A DNA stretch of 64,000 nucleotides from Bigelowiella natans CCMP2755 (Eukaryota; Protista; Cercozoa). Positions 28,999-42,120 of the stretch are shown here, piece after piece. Both the position numbers and the translations under genes were made by a program. Position 1 is the first letter of the stretch. The number at the start of each line of letters is the position of its first letter. Under the pieces are notes generated by a model that saw only the letters and a list, made by a program, of their open reading frames with translations, ran no database searches and was not told the origin of the DNA. The DNA is taken from assembly GCA_000320545.1 (NCBI GenBank), contig ADNK01000029.1, positions 124,001 to 188,000 on the forward strand. Reading direction: 5' to 3'.

Positions 28999-31539
28999 TG
29001 GTTCTTTGCTTCCCCTCCCGAAGAAGGCAAGGCTCGGCGGGCACACCTCTTATTCTGTTTTTATGCGATTCCTTGTTGAGCACGTCTTCCAGCTCCCCGG
29101 GACTATATACATACATACATACATACATACATACACATACCGAGGAGGAGAAGAGAGGGGTAGTACACAAACAAAACAAATCACATTCCGAATGTTGCGT
29201 TGTTGTAGCTCACGTTTTCCAGGTGGTGATTGTTTCTATTTTCAGTTACGGTCAATATCGTAGTGGTAGACTTGGAGGGGACAGCTTGACCCCTATGCCC
29301 ACCTTATAGGCTTCTTTCGCTTTGGTGGCACTGGTGCAGACATCGTAGGATGGATTTGATCGATTCCAAACGACTATATGAAGGCACGTGATTCAGCATC
29401 GTCGTCATCATGATGATAATGGGTCATCATCATCATCATCATGATCATCATCATTATCATCATATATCCATCTCAATCTAAACTCGCCTATCACTCTCCC
29501 CGTTGTCTTTCAAACACCATTGAGTACCTTGAAGAACGTAAATGCGTCTTTCGGGTGTACCTTTCAAGAGAAATTAACAAAAAAGGAAAAAAGCAAAATG
29601 AGCTGCAAAAAGAAAAGGGTGATATTGAAGGCTGCTTTGCTCAATTACTGGTCTTCCCCGCAGATCCAATACCGAATAGCACTCCATATAAAGAGAATTA
29701 ATCGGAACGATGTGCTCGTACCATGGCGTGTTGATTTCAGCCATTATTGTTCCATACCTGGTTGTACCATGTTATAGATCACTTGAACGTGAGTGTTGTG
29801 CTTGTGTAGTTGTGTATGCATGTAGCATAGACAAAATTTTCGCTTATATCTTTGCCAGTCATTCCTACTAGCCAAAGGTCTTACTTCTGGCTCATCTCAG
29901 AGACGAACAGGGAACGTTGTTCCTGCATTAAAGATTGGGAAGTTTCATGACAATGAAGACAAAAAGTTCTTTAAACAATATATAAATATTATATTAATTA
30001 TATATTTACAATATACATATTTTACGTATGACTGAATCATCCAAATTTAGTGGTTACCTTTGAGAGCCCTAAGAACCAGTTTGAATATCTTGCATTCATG
30101 GAAAACAACCAATACAGCAACAGCGCAATTCCATCAGTTCGGTAGCGTTCTTAAGCAGCGTGAAAAAAACAGACTCACAAGAGGCAGATGAACTGAGCTG
30201 GGACACTAGGATTGTCAGCAGGTACACTGAGGCAATTCATATTTAGCATTCAGCACTCGGCAAGGGAGGGAGGGAGGGAGGGAGGGAGGGAGGCCTCACT
30301 CGTTACAATCTTCTATTTTGTTCTTCAAGTTTGGTAGAGAATAAGAAATATGCACGTACTATTTTTCGACTGGCTGCTCCGCGGGCCAGACCATGCAGGT
30401 ATTCTTAGATCCCCTGCACAGCAATCAGCATTTACTAAATACATCTATATTTCAAAAATAATATAGGTGCTACATATTAAGCCATCAGCAACTTACGCGA
30501 CTAGGTATGGGATTTCATCTGCGACAAGGCATCCCAGCTTCGCGTTCTCTCCTAATTGTTATGATTTCAAATCTATTACTCGAAAATTGAAAATGTTGCT
30601 CAATTCAAGTGAACGCCGTACCATTCGATTTCGCTGTGGTGTAGAAACCTCCAGCATCGTTTATTGTTTTTCCTGGGTAGACAATGAGATCCGAGACGAC
30701 ACAAAGTAGGCATGTAAATAGCATCACTGAGCTGTTGCTATGAAATGGCTCAATGGATAGGGAAAAACAAACCATCATAGAAGAAAATTGCAGCGGAAGC
30801 ATTTGACTCTTCGTCTTCATCGCTTGCAACCAGGCCACTAAATTTGGGTATTCCCTAAGAGGAGGATTGATCCTTACTTAATCGAGAATGATACATCCTT
30901 TGGTTTATAGAGGAACAATTTTCAGCAATAATTACCTTAAAGATACGAGTAATCCGTTTTGTGCCTCCTCCTCCTCCTCCTCCACCTTTGCCGCCGCCTT
31001 TGGATGTGACAATGATCCTATGCAATCCACGTGGCATGAGCTCCCGTAGCATCGGAGACACAGTGTAGCTGATGATAATTCATTTTTAAGCAACAGATCA
31101 TCTACAGTAATCTCATATATACTGGTCTTACAGGCCATCGTCGCTCATGCCCCCAGCCACGGATTTATACGGTCTTCCCCTCTTGCTGTTCAGCCATTTC
31201 CTAAACTTAAAAATCTCCAGGCGGAACCCCGTAATTTCAATAGAGTGCTTTTCATAGTCAAGCACTTGTGGTGTCTTTTTCTGCACAAATGGATGAGCGT
31301 TGAGGAAAGCAACCAGAGCCTAAGAGGAATTCATTACTATTATTTTCGCATTTTCATATAGTTCCTTCACTGTACGATTTCGCAAAGCAAACACATCACG
31401 ATGACAGGAAATGCGTTCGAACTTTATAGATTACCTTATCCCTCTGATCAGGAGTAGTAGCTTTCTTGAAATCGCTGTACGCGCCGCAAACGTTCTCACA
31501 TTCGATGTCACTTGGGAGGGACCGTGCCTTGGACGCCAT
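27642..31539 (-). CDS. ATP-dependent RNA ligase-like nucleotidyltransferase (T4 Rnl1/Trl1-ligase-like), multi-exon; 3' end may extend to about 27260-27330
   Basis: Hand-spliced: start MASKARSLP at 31539; GIPKFSG...DEDEE; motif I TAKSNG/ENAK (K at 30629-30631); AGSKNT; motif III-like AEINTPWYEHIVP; motif IV TEGAVLY; motif V LVKVKSSEY. Not visible in the ORF track because of short exons. Confidence 0.75.
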
Positions 31540-32378
31540 TTTCGACCTTTCACGGAACCTTCCCCTTCTTCAACTTTCTGGTGCCCGATTCCCGGTTTAC
31601 ATACTAAAACGCACTTAATTTCGGAAGGGCGACAACAAATATTCAAGTCGTACTACAAAACAAAGGCCGATATTATAGTTTGACACCTCAGAAGTACCAA
31701 ATCCTTGAATTCCGCCTTCTATTGGCGATAAGCTGTCCCCGCGATAAAATAAACTAAAAAAATCTTATTTTTGGGGTGCGGTCAAAACAAGCGCTGTGAT
31801 GATGCGCTAGTCTTTTCGCAGTATTCAAGGGCGTTTCCCTTAGTCCCCGGTATGATGCCGATTTTCGCTTATTGAGAAAGCTAAATCCCGGAATCCCCGA
31901 CACCACAGAAACGTCTAGAAGTGTAACCACTAATTTTGGCCCCCAGAGCGAATCCTGAGGGGTCGGACGGAGGAAGTCTTTGGCCAGCGATTCATAGAGC
32001 ATAGCAAGTCTCAGGGCTAGGACCAGCAACATTGGTAAGGATTGCTATTGTAATGACGAATACGTAGAAAATTTGTTGAAAATTCCAGGAACTGCATTTC
32101 AGAGAATAACCCCTTCTCCATTGTTAGGGGACAGGATAGCGTGTGGCAACACAAACTAGATTAACGATCGCACAATGTCCAAGAAGAGGAGAGACTACTA
32201 AATCAACATCTAGAGGATAAGGTGATAAATACATTACCAGAAGCTCAGAGGGCGAGGGCGAAATACTTTTTCCCTATTTCGTTATGATATTTCTATGATT
32301 GAGGATCTGCAGAATGTTAAGAGTAATATGATTATAAAGTTGGTCAGGACAATAGCCAACGAAATTTATTCGATCAAG

Positions 32379-35300
32379 ATGTCAGTGGATAATGAAGAAG
32401 ATAGGCCCCCGGTATACGAGGGCAAATCGTTGTACATATTTGAAGTGGACAATTGTTTGCGGAAAGCTTGCATAAATACGATCGATTCTACCATATTTGG
32501 AGGTAATAGATGTACATTGATCATAGGATTCGAGATATATATAATCAATCCTTGTCGGTATTATTATGTTTTAGGCTTTATCCTTCTTACGATTCTCGTC
32601 AATTGCATTTTCTTGACTCTTGACGATGGCGATCCGAACTCGAGGATAAGCAAGATATCTGTTGTAGCAGATCACACCTTCACAGCGATCTTCACTGCAG
32701 AAGCCGTTGTACGAATAATAGGACAAGGATTCTATTGGTGTGGAAAGGATTCATACCTTCGCGACAGTTACAACTGCTTAGATTTCCTCGTCGTTGTACT
32801 CTCGTAAGTTCCAAAGCTTTGATTCAATCTACGAAGGTTTCAAAAAATGTACTCATGCTTCTTCAGGTTCGTTTCATTTGCTGGATCGGGAGCGAATCTC
32901 TCTTTCTTTAGGGCACTTAGAATTTTAAAGCCCCTCAGAGCCATTAAGGCAATCAAAGGTCTACAAGACAAACTCTAAATGAAGAAAATCTCTGACTAAC
33001 ATCTTACCATAAATCAGGATTGCGGACTTTAACTTCAGCCTTGTTCGAGTCATTAGAAGGACTTGGCAACGTTCTGTTGTTCTTCTCATTTTGTTTATTT
33101 GTCTTCGGCATCATTGGCATGCAAGCCTTTGGAGGCCGCCTGAAGAACAGATGTCTGGAAGGAGGCACCACTACAGGTTTCATGAGTGGATTTTGTCAGT
33201 TTCACTTGATGATTGAATAGCATAGCTCAGAATATATTTGTCATTAGGCTGGTTAGATAGAACTTGCTGGCCAAATTCACTTTTGGATGCATACTCCTGC
33301 CGAAGCGACGAATCTTGTGCGGATTACGGCAGAAACCCTAGTGAAGGTGTAGTGTCATTCGACAACATACTGGTTTCTTGGCTCACAATTCTGCAAGTTA
33401 CGAGTCTAGAGGGATGGGTAGACGTGATGTACTACTGCGGCGATGCTGTCAGTAAGTCCATCTCTGCCTTCTACTTCATCTTATGCGTTATGATTCTCTC
33501 CCTTTTTGTGAGAAACCTCATCTTGGCAGTCCTTTTCATTAAATTCAATGCGGAAAAGCATACTTACCAAGAACAAGAAATACCAGAAACAGATTTCATA
33601 CCTTTCCTCGGCGATTCAGTGCAATTAAAACCAGTAAATGACCCCACATCTAGCGCAGAAAGGAAGTTATTCTCAAAGCGAGATTCTAAAGAGCTCAGCA
33701 ATAAGGTACCAGATGCATTTCTTAGTTGGCGTACTGACTGTCCTGAATTCCCAACTCAAAATTTGTCGTTGATATCAGATACATGCTGCGGAGGACGAAA
33801 AGAAACAACTTGTCCTCTCACCAAACAAAGTTGGAAACGATGAGTCGAAACACAAGGCCAAAGAGATAGTTCTAGACGATGGAAAATCTTTATCAGGATT
33901 ACCGACAACTGAGAATAAAAACTCAGAACAAAATATCCCCAGCGAAAGCAGGAGTCCAGAAGCAGCTCCTCTTTTGAACAACTCAGAACAGCCACTAGTG
34001 GCGCGTTCCCAAGGTAATGGCGAAGCAGAAATAAAAAGTAAATCAAATGGTGAGCAGCCACAGGCAATGGAAGCGGACGGCTCGCATGATTCAAAACTGC
34101 AGCCACCCCGTACATTAGGCTTGGACAAAGGGGTTTCTCCGCAACCAGCTTTTATTCTTCCACCCCGAAGGGGGCGTCGTGGAAGGGGGGGAGGAAATCG
34201 TGGAAATGGTAAGAGGAGGGGAGGTGGGAGACAGCCGGCGGGTAGAGGGAGGCAAGCGAAGCTTCCCACCGTAATAGAGAAGGAGAAGCGCTCTGGCATG
34301 GACGTAACAGCACAGGATGAGGCTAAACTCCAATCTAAGATGTCAGCTGCATCGCCCACCCCTTCGGCCGAAGAAGAGCCAAAGGGAACCATAGAATTGC
34401 AGCAATCAGGTGAAAATAAGAGCAAAGAGGCGCCAGACGATGTAAAACCAAATCAAAGTCAAAACGTCATGGTAGGAAAAGAAGGGACGAAGCGGAAACC
34501 CAAAAGTGCAGGATCAACAGCAAAGCTGCGAGAAGACGTGGAGCTGGACATAATTGAAAGAAAGGACAAATCTGCGAGAAAGCAGGGGCAAGATGGTCGC
34601 TTGGAAGACTTGGAGATGAAGCCCCTGATAAGCTTATCACCTGATGATACAGAGCAGCAACCAAACGTTAGAATCACCAACGATGTGCTTCAGCAGTACA
34701 CAGATAGTAATGCTACAAATGCAGCCGATAAATCACAAAATCAAGTCCCGTCATTGCAATTAGTTCCCGGAATCCATACTTTTGAAGAGAAGGGAGCATC
34801 TAGTAATGAACGGAAGAGGGGTGATTCGCGAACTGAGCTTGACTTTATCAAGGAAATGGAGTGCTACAATCGAGACTGGTGCTGCTTTGATTGCCCGACT
34901 TGGTGGGATGAACGCATCCAATCGAAACTTCACGATTTCGTCGTCACGCCAGCATTTCAAGGATGGATCTCCATCGCGATTTTTGTCAACACGATTCTGC
35001 TGTGTATTGAACACTACGATATGAGTGAGGAGCTCGCCAATTTCCTGGATGGAATGAACATCTTCCTGACGATCGTCTTCGCGCTGGAGATGGTTCTTAA
35101 GATCGTAGGATTGGGGTGGCAGGAGTACTGCGACGACAACATGAACATATTCGATGCCTTAGTGGTAATCATCTCGTTCATAGAACTCTCCTTGGGATCA
35201 TCCAGTGGGCTCACCGCTCTCAGATGCTTCCGACTACTGCGGCTACTAAAATTATTCCGAAACTGGCCTGACTTGCGCTCGAAAGTGGACGCGCTGTTCA

Positions 35301-38300
35301 ACTCGATGGAGGAAATTCTGTACTTCGTGGGCTTGGTGTTTTTGTTCATGTTCATTTATGCAATTCTTGGGGTACAGTTGTTCCGAGGGAAGTTCGTGAT
35401 TGACGGAGAGACTCAACGCCCAAACTTTGACACATTCCTATGGAGCATGTTGACAGTTTTCCAAATTATTACGGGTGAGAACTGGAATGAGATATTGGCA
35501 GTCGGGGTTCGTGTCGCCGGATGGGGTTCTTCAATGTACTTTGTGACTCTGTACCTTTTCGGTAGTGTCCTACTCGACCTGTTCTTGGCAATCTTGCTCA
35601 CTCATCTTATGGACGCTGAGAAGGAAGAGCACCAATTTGGTGGTGTATCCTTCTCCGACCTCATGATATCTGCAGTGTTGTGCCGTTTTAGAGAGCCAAC
35701 ACCCGAAGAAAATCCAAATACGTCGTCGTCACGTTCGAAGGTCGTCGATAATTATCCTCCTATTCTCTCCGCTCGTGAGGTTAGGACCGATTCGACAGAG
35801 CAACCGCCTCTTATCTTGCCGTCTCCTTCCACTAAAGTGGAGGGACAAGAAAACAAACCGACGAAGCCGAAATTGGTACTCGCCAAAAGTTTTTCCTCCA
35901 ACTTCTTATCATCGCCCTTACCAACAGTTGACGAGACTTCTCCTGTTGACTGTTCTGAACAAGACGTGAAATCCCTATCAATCGGTACCAAGAGCGGTGG
36001 TAGGCCACCTCGCAAAAGCAGAGCGAAGCGACAGAAGACGTTAATCAGAACACGTTCCTTTACGGCATCTGAGCGAAAGGGGGAGAAGGAAACTTCCAGC
36101 CCAGCTGACGCTATTTTCATTCAAGCGAAAAACGAAGTTCTTGAAAACCCAACTCTGCCTGCAGCGGCGTATTCTAAGCGCGCGAAGGAAAAAGTCATCA
36201 TTGTCGAAGGAAAATCATTTTTGTTGTTCTCCCCTGATAATTCTTTCCGTATGATGGTGCTGAACATCGTGGAGAGTGAGAAGTTCACGGCTTTCATCAT
36301 GTTCCTGATCTTCTTCAGTTGCGTGCTCTTAACCCTCGACCAACCACGATTGGACCCGGGTAGTACCCTCGGCAAGTTTCTGTTTATCAGCGACATAGTG
36401 CTCACAGCGATATTCACTCTCGAGATGCTGCTCAAGTGCATCGCATTCGGGTGTTGGGGCTCAAATAAGGTGCACCCGGAGGATTTTGATGAAATGGACA
36501 CATCAGATCAAAAGGAAGGAGACAAGGCACTTAGCCCAAGCTCGCTTGCATTACAAGGAGAGTTAACGCACAGGGGATTTGCTTTGAATCATATGGTAGC
36601 CGATGAAGTGGAAGAGTCAAGCGACGAAATACAGGGTCCATATTTCACTGACGGCTGGAACGTTCTGGATGCAGTCGTAGTTTTCATATCTCTGGTCAAC
36701 ATTTTTGCAGGCTCTCTTGCCTTCTTTAAAGCATTCCGAGCCTTGCGTTCGCTGAGAGCTTTGCGTGCAGTGTCTCGTTCTGAGGAAACCAAGGTTGTGA
36801 TGAAGACCATCATAAAGACGTTCTTCAAGCTGCACAACATCTTGCTCATTGCACTCATGATCTTCATAATATTCGCGGTGATTGGGGTCCAGTTTTTCCA
36901 AGGGCGGCTGCGTATGTGTATTGGTGACGATGGAACTCGGTACCCAGATCTAAACATCGATACATGCGAATCCTTGGGACATACCTGGAAAAATCCAGAA
37001 TTGCGCAACTTCGATAATACCGGAAGTGCCATGATCCTCCTTTTTGAGGTCGCTTCTATGGAGATGTGGCCAGACATTATGTTCAGCGTGATCGATGCAA
37101 CGCCACCTGGAGAGCCCCCGAAAGAGAACTACAACCCCCCGGCGTCTTTGTACTTCGTGACATTCTTGGTTCTCGGATCGTTCCTGATCGTGTCGATGTT
37201 TGTGGGAGCTGTAGTAGGCGTGTACGAGGAGGAATCTGACAAGCTCATGGAACGAGCAGACGGAGAGGATCAGGATCTCGCCGACCTCAAGAAACTTTGG
37301 CTTGAGGTGTACAAGATTATGGTGGAAAACAAACCATCGTACGTGATGATGGAGCCTGAGGAGGAATGGCGGAAAAAATTCTTCTTCGTCGCCGAACATG
37401 ATACGTTTGAAATTTTCATCATGTCGGTGATCTGTATCAACGTGTTATTGATGGCGATGTCATACCATGGCGCATCTGAAGAATACCTTTTCGGCCTGGA
37501 GATCCTGAATACAATCTGCAGCTGCATATTTATGTTGGAGATGGTTATTAAAATGATAGGTTTAGGACTCAAGCAATATTTTGGGAACGGCTGGAATCAA
37601 TTCGATTTCTTTCTTGTGATGGTTTCCATATTAACGATGGCTCTGCAGAGTGTCGTCACACTGGCGGTGGATCCAACTATCTTCAGAATATTTAGGATTT
37701 TGCGAATTTTCAGACTTCTTCCTAAGGCGGAGGGACTTAAAAAAATGATTCGAACGTTAAAGTTTTCCCTCCCAGCGCTATACAATATCCTCTTCTTGCT
37801 GGGGCTCTTCATCTTCGTCTTTGCCGTGATGGGAATGTCCCTGTTTGGTAAAGTGAAGCATGGGGATTTCCTGGACGATCACGCCAACTTTGAACTCTTC
37901 CCAACCGCAGTAGTAACGCTCTTCAGGATCACAACCGGGGAGAGTTGGAATGGAATCATGCACGACTGCATGATTCAGCCACCAGAGTGCACGAAAGGAG
38001 AGGACTGTGGCAGCGTTCCCTGGGCGTTAATCTTCTTTCCGCTCTATATCCTAGTATCATTTTACGCTATGCTCAATCTATTCGTCGCTGTTGTCCTCAA
38101 AAACTTTGAGGCCGAAGAAGGAAAATCGGGAGACGGCAACAAAGAATTCTGGGGAAAATCCCCCGTTCTGCAGGGTGATATTGAGAAGTATTGCGAGATG
38201 TGGTCCGAAGTCTTCCCAAATAAACGATACATTCATTTGGATCAGTTGATCAAGTGGGGTGTACACCTCCAGCTTGTCAACTCAGAGGAAAAAGTTGATA

Positions 38301-38818
38301 AGAAGGATGGGACGACGATAAAGAAGACGCGGCATTTCCCTCTAAAGGTTACTCGTAGGGAAATGAAAGCCCTGAATATCCCATTGTGGAACGACAAGGT
38401 GCACTACCTGAGCCTGCTTCAGAAGATATGCCTAAAAAAATTCGTGCAGCGTTTCGAAATGCTGCACCAAATGAAAACAGAGAAAGCTCTGAAAAATGGG
38501 GAAAAGCCTCCTAAACCCATAACTGGTAGCGTAGAAGCTACCTTCCTCAAAGGTATAAATAGAGACAACCAGATGCTTCAATGCATCAACGCGTCTGCCC
38601 AGGGAGAGTACCCGGAATTATCTAAATTAAAAAATTTCGTTTTCTTGAGCAACCAGTACTTTGCAGCTGGTCTTCTTAAGAATTGGTGGTTTGCTAGGAA
38701 AGCAGCGAGGGGCGAGAAAGTAAGGACCAGAGAGGCAGTGGTCGAGGAGGAGGAAGATGTCGGAATTTGTCAACAAGTGTTAGACAAACTAAAAGAAATA
38801 TTTTGCTGCAGAGAATAA
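32379..38818 (+). CDS. Four-domain voltage-gated cation channel alpha subunit with EEEE filter (Ca2+-selective, Cav-type); true 5' end may lie slightly upstream
   Basis: Four 6-TM repeats with S4 segments (FLRALRILKPLRAIK, LRCFRLLRLLKLFR, FRALRSLRALRAVSR, FRIFRILRIFRLL). Pore loops SLEGW, TGENW, SMEMW, TGESW. An intron at about 33706-33778 joins ORF 33238..33843 to the 33974..38818 frame. Confidence 0.95.
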
Positions 38819-38931
38819 GTACAGTCCTCGTATTAATTAATAGGATAGATATTGTCACATGGAAGGATGCCAGCCACCAAGCCGCACATTCATGTTCGAG
38901 TTGATAAACATTCTCAAGCAGATACAATTTG

Positions 38932-39013
38932 AGCGCTGTAGCCGCTGCTTTGCATAGCTACATTAGGATGACCATTGAAAAAATTTAAAACATTTCATTA
39001 CATCCGTCTCATA
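38932..39013 (-). repeat. Dispersed ~85-bp hairpin repeat, copy 2 (best preserved)
   Basis: Reverse complement reads TATGAGACGGATGTAATGAAATGTTTTAAATTTTTTCAATGGTCATCCTAATGTAGCTATGCAAAGCAGCGGCTACAGCGCT. Confidence 0.88.
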
Positions 39014-39300
39014 TTAGCACCCGCTCCTGCTGTTGCAGGCTAGCAGGTAACATCACATGCTCGCTACGATAGCATATTGCATACACATGTCCAGGCTGCT
39101 GATCGATCTATTGCTGCATGCAATGCGCATTATAGTATTATTGCATACCATAGCTACACTAGTACAGTGCTGTCACATACAGATCGAATGTGTATAACTG
39201 TGTAATAACATGCAATATGCATATTTTTACGGTGCTGATATGAGATTCGTGTAAGCTAGCTGAACTGATCAATAGATTTTTATGATTATTCATATCGACG

Positions 39301-39374
39301 CATAATATGGGCTACATCAGGATGACCATTGAAAAAATTTAATTCTTCATTACATCCGTCTCATAATATGGGCT
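39301..39374 (-). repeat. Dispersed repeat, copy 3 (core only), flanked by the 13-bp direct repeat CATAATATGGGCT
   Basis: gctacatcaggatgaccattgaaaaaattt...cattacatccgtctcata. Identical 13-mers at 39301-39313 and 39362-39374. Confidence 0.85.
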
Positions 39375-39855
39375 CGCTAGTAGCGCGGCAAGCAGCACAT
39401 ACATACAGAGACTGTTTTTACTTATAATTGGCATCGTTAGGTTGCATTAATAATTGTCTAGACTATGGATCGCACATATGCCATCATGCTCACCGGTATA
39501 CTTTATCGCAATTCATGCTAGGTACAAATAACGATGCTTTGCAGCCATCTACGTCGTTGCATCGAACCCTGAATTGGCCATTGCATGATGCATTATATGC
39601 TACTGTCAGCTGATGCGATGCGGCTTGTCGACTCTGTAGCAGCATCGCCTTCATTTATGCGTGTATGTGAAGAATTAAAGTCTGGGCTGCACCCTATGCT
39701 ACACACACACATGCTAGGACGCTCTAGCGCTGCCGGAAGCGACTGGAATAAAGTGTAGGCTACGCTACTACTATGCGTTGGTGTTTGTTATTTGCACAAC
39801 GCATGCAATAATGCAAGCACACGGAATCTACATCATTTGGCACTGTTAACCCTCA

Positions 39856-42120
39856 TTAGTCTTCGATTAAAACTTCGCGAAGCTTTCTGATGAAACGCCT
39901 TGCGTAAAAATCGCGATAATAAGCAGGCAGCCGACTTAACAAGCGAATAGCCTTTGATACACCTGTATGATGTCAGCGGAACGTTCGGAATTCTTAAGAT
40001 ATAGTATATTATGATACTTCTATAAGTCAAAAAAACCTTCATCCGCTCTTCTTGCAAAAACTAAATCGCGATTTCCAAACATATCCTGAGAGAAATAAGT
40101 GATTATCAAGGGAAGTGATGCGAAGTGGAACTGAGGACCTTTTTATCATAATTGTCGGTCGGCAAGCGCCTCCAAAATATGTTCACAGAAACTGAAAACT
40201 CCAGGCTTTTCACACTAAATACGTGCACAAATTTGCTATATTTGATATGCAGCATATATATATATGTATAATATGTAACACTTTGTCGGCTTGTGTCCAA
40301 ACGGATTATGTCAAAGGCTATATTTGACGCTTGGAAATACTTGCAACCTGTGCAGCCAGAAAGCGGGTATGAAAAGCAAGTCTCCAGGGTTTAGATGGCA
40401 TTCCCAACGCTTAGCTTCTCCAGCAAGAGGATATCTGCAGAGGAATCACAACAGAAACGTCTCTAAAATATACAATATGATATCAGCCCGAATGTATGTA
40501 ACAATTTGACAGAGAACTAGGCTTAGTCTTCTTCCACTTCTACTTATCTGGATTTAAATTGCCACCTTCTAGCATCATAGCACCGAGGGTCACAGAGAAG
40601 GTCATTGCTTTTTTTCGGAACCCCGAAGTACGTTTGTTGTAGTTTATCAATTTCCTTCGGTGGAAACAAGATGACCTCTTTCCTCCCGCATATCTGCAGA
40701 AGAACCTGACCATGTTGCGTAGAAATGAATTTCGTTTCCGCAAATTCAAATAACTATAGTTCGCGTACGTTGTCCATAACATCATAGTGCATGAATAGAA
40801 CTGTTCCAGCGCTACTGATCCGAAGAACGCTTGAGAAAACCTTCTCACTGTACGTAAACATATAATTTGAAGATATTCGCAGTGTAGCAATAATCTTTGA
40901 GATAGTGCACCTTGGAATAAAATCCGGTTTGTGCACATCGTTCGCAATGCCTTTTTGATGGCGAGGGTTACGCAAACAAATAAATTAGCATTTCAATTTG
41001 GATGACTTTTCAGCACTTGCCTGGCCATTGCTTCCAAAAGTCGGGCAGAGTACCTAGGTCAACAGCACGTCGGGAGAGAATTGTTAAACAAACGCGTCTA
41101 ATGCGGGGGCTTTCTATTGGTTGACGAAATATATAGGCACTACTTCGGTTTCTAGGCGTCGCTCTGAAGTATGAGAAATCGCGGGTGACATTCCGTGTGC
41201 AATTGTGGCCACTTAATTTTGAGCCCTCAACCAGACTTTCCAGAGACTTTTTTCTAATCGGCAGCAACCCACGCTTGGTAGTTAGATCAGTAGCAACGTT
41301 GTGTTTGTGATTATAGTCTGTTATTCACTGAGCTTGCTCAAGAATGGCACCACAGAGGACGACGACGACTTCAAATGGTACTTACTGGAAATTCTTTTGC
41401 TTGAAATCGATCAGTGGAACCGCGCTCGTCTGTTTGTATGGTGTGTACATCTTTTTCTGCCTCACACTAGGTTGTAGGGATTATGCATACTAACCTGCAT
41501 GCTAACAGCATCTTTACCGAGACCCTAAAGCGTACACCAACTCATAATTTTCATCCAAGCATGAATGTCCTCGATTTTCGACCTGGATTAGATACGACGA
41601 GTTCCTCCATTTGTCAACACAGCAACCCATATCCATTCCGGAGATTATGCATGGAAGTTCCTTTGGAAATATTGATGCATCAAAGGGAAAATGTTGGTCG
41701 TAGTCTGTGCAGGTCAGTAGCATCGACAAGGTATCATCATCCATCATAGGGAAAATGTGAAGGGCGTCTTTGTGACATTTATCTTAGGGACATTCTCGTA
41801 GAGCTGTTCATAGAGGCGGCTGCCATTGCCACTGAAGTTGTTGATATCGAAACGAAGTACCTCTAATTATCCGAAGGACATTCATCAGCGATTAGTGTAA
41901 GATGCTCACATGGTAATGTTCGATCTCTCTCTCTCTCTCTCTCCCATTTGGTCAATAGCCCGTCATATCAAACAAATACGATATCATGTTTGGTTCGTTT
42001 ATGAAGGATTCTGGGTCTCTCCGCTCCTGCCTCGATCTTTGTCTTCACAGGGCGGCGGCGTGCAAAGCAGCCCAGCAGTGCTCGTGGTTTTCATCCGTTG
42101 GCTCCGGACGTGAGATATCA
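39856..42120 (-). CDS. TYW5: tRNA wybutosine-synthesizing protein 5 (JmjC hydroxylase), multi-exon; start codon not resolved
   Basis: Exons KELPCIISGMDMGCCVDKW, KVFSSVLRISSAGTVLFMHYDVMDN, ECHLNPGDLLFIPAFWLH, SVSVNIFWRRLPTDNYDKK/DMFGNRD and LSRLPAYYRDFYARR...IED* match TYW5 motifs (HxD...H iron ligands and C-terminal YRDFYARR). Confidence 0.88.

Noticed and set aside
33843-33974. Apparent frameshift or split of the channel gene (pseudogene?)
   Set aside because: A canonical GT-AG intron at about 33706-33778 restores the reading frame.
33775-37812. Several antisense ORFs (up to 216 aa) over the channel exon
   Set aside because: Shadow ORFs opposite a long coding exon, with no recognisable motifs.
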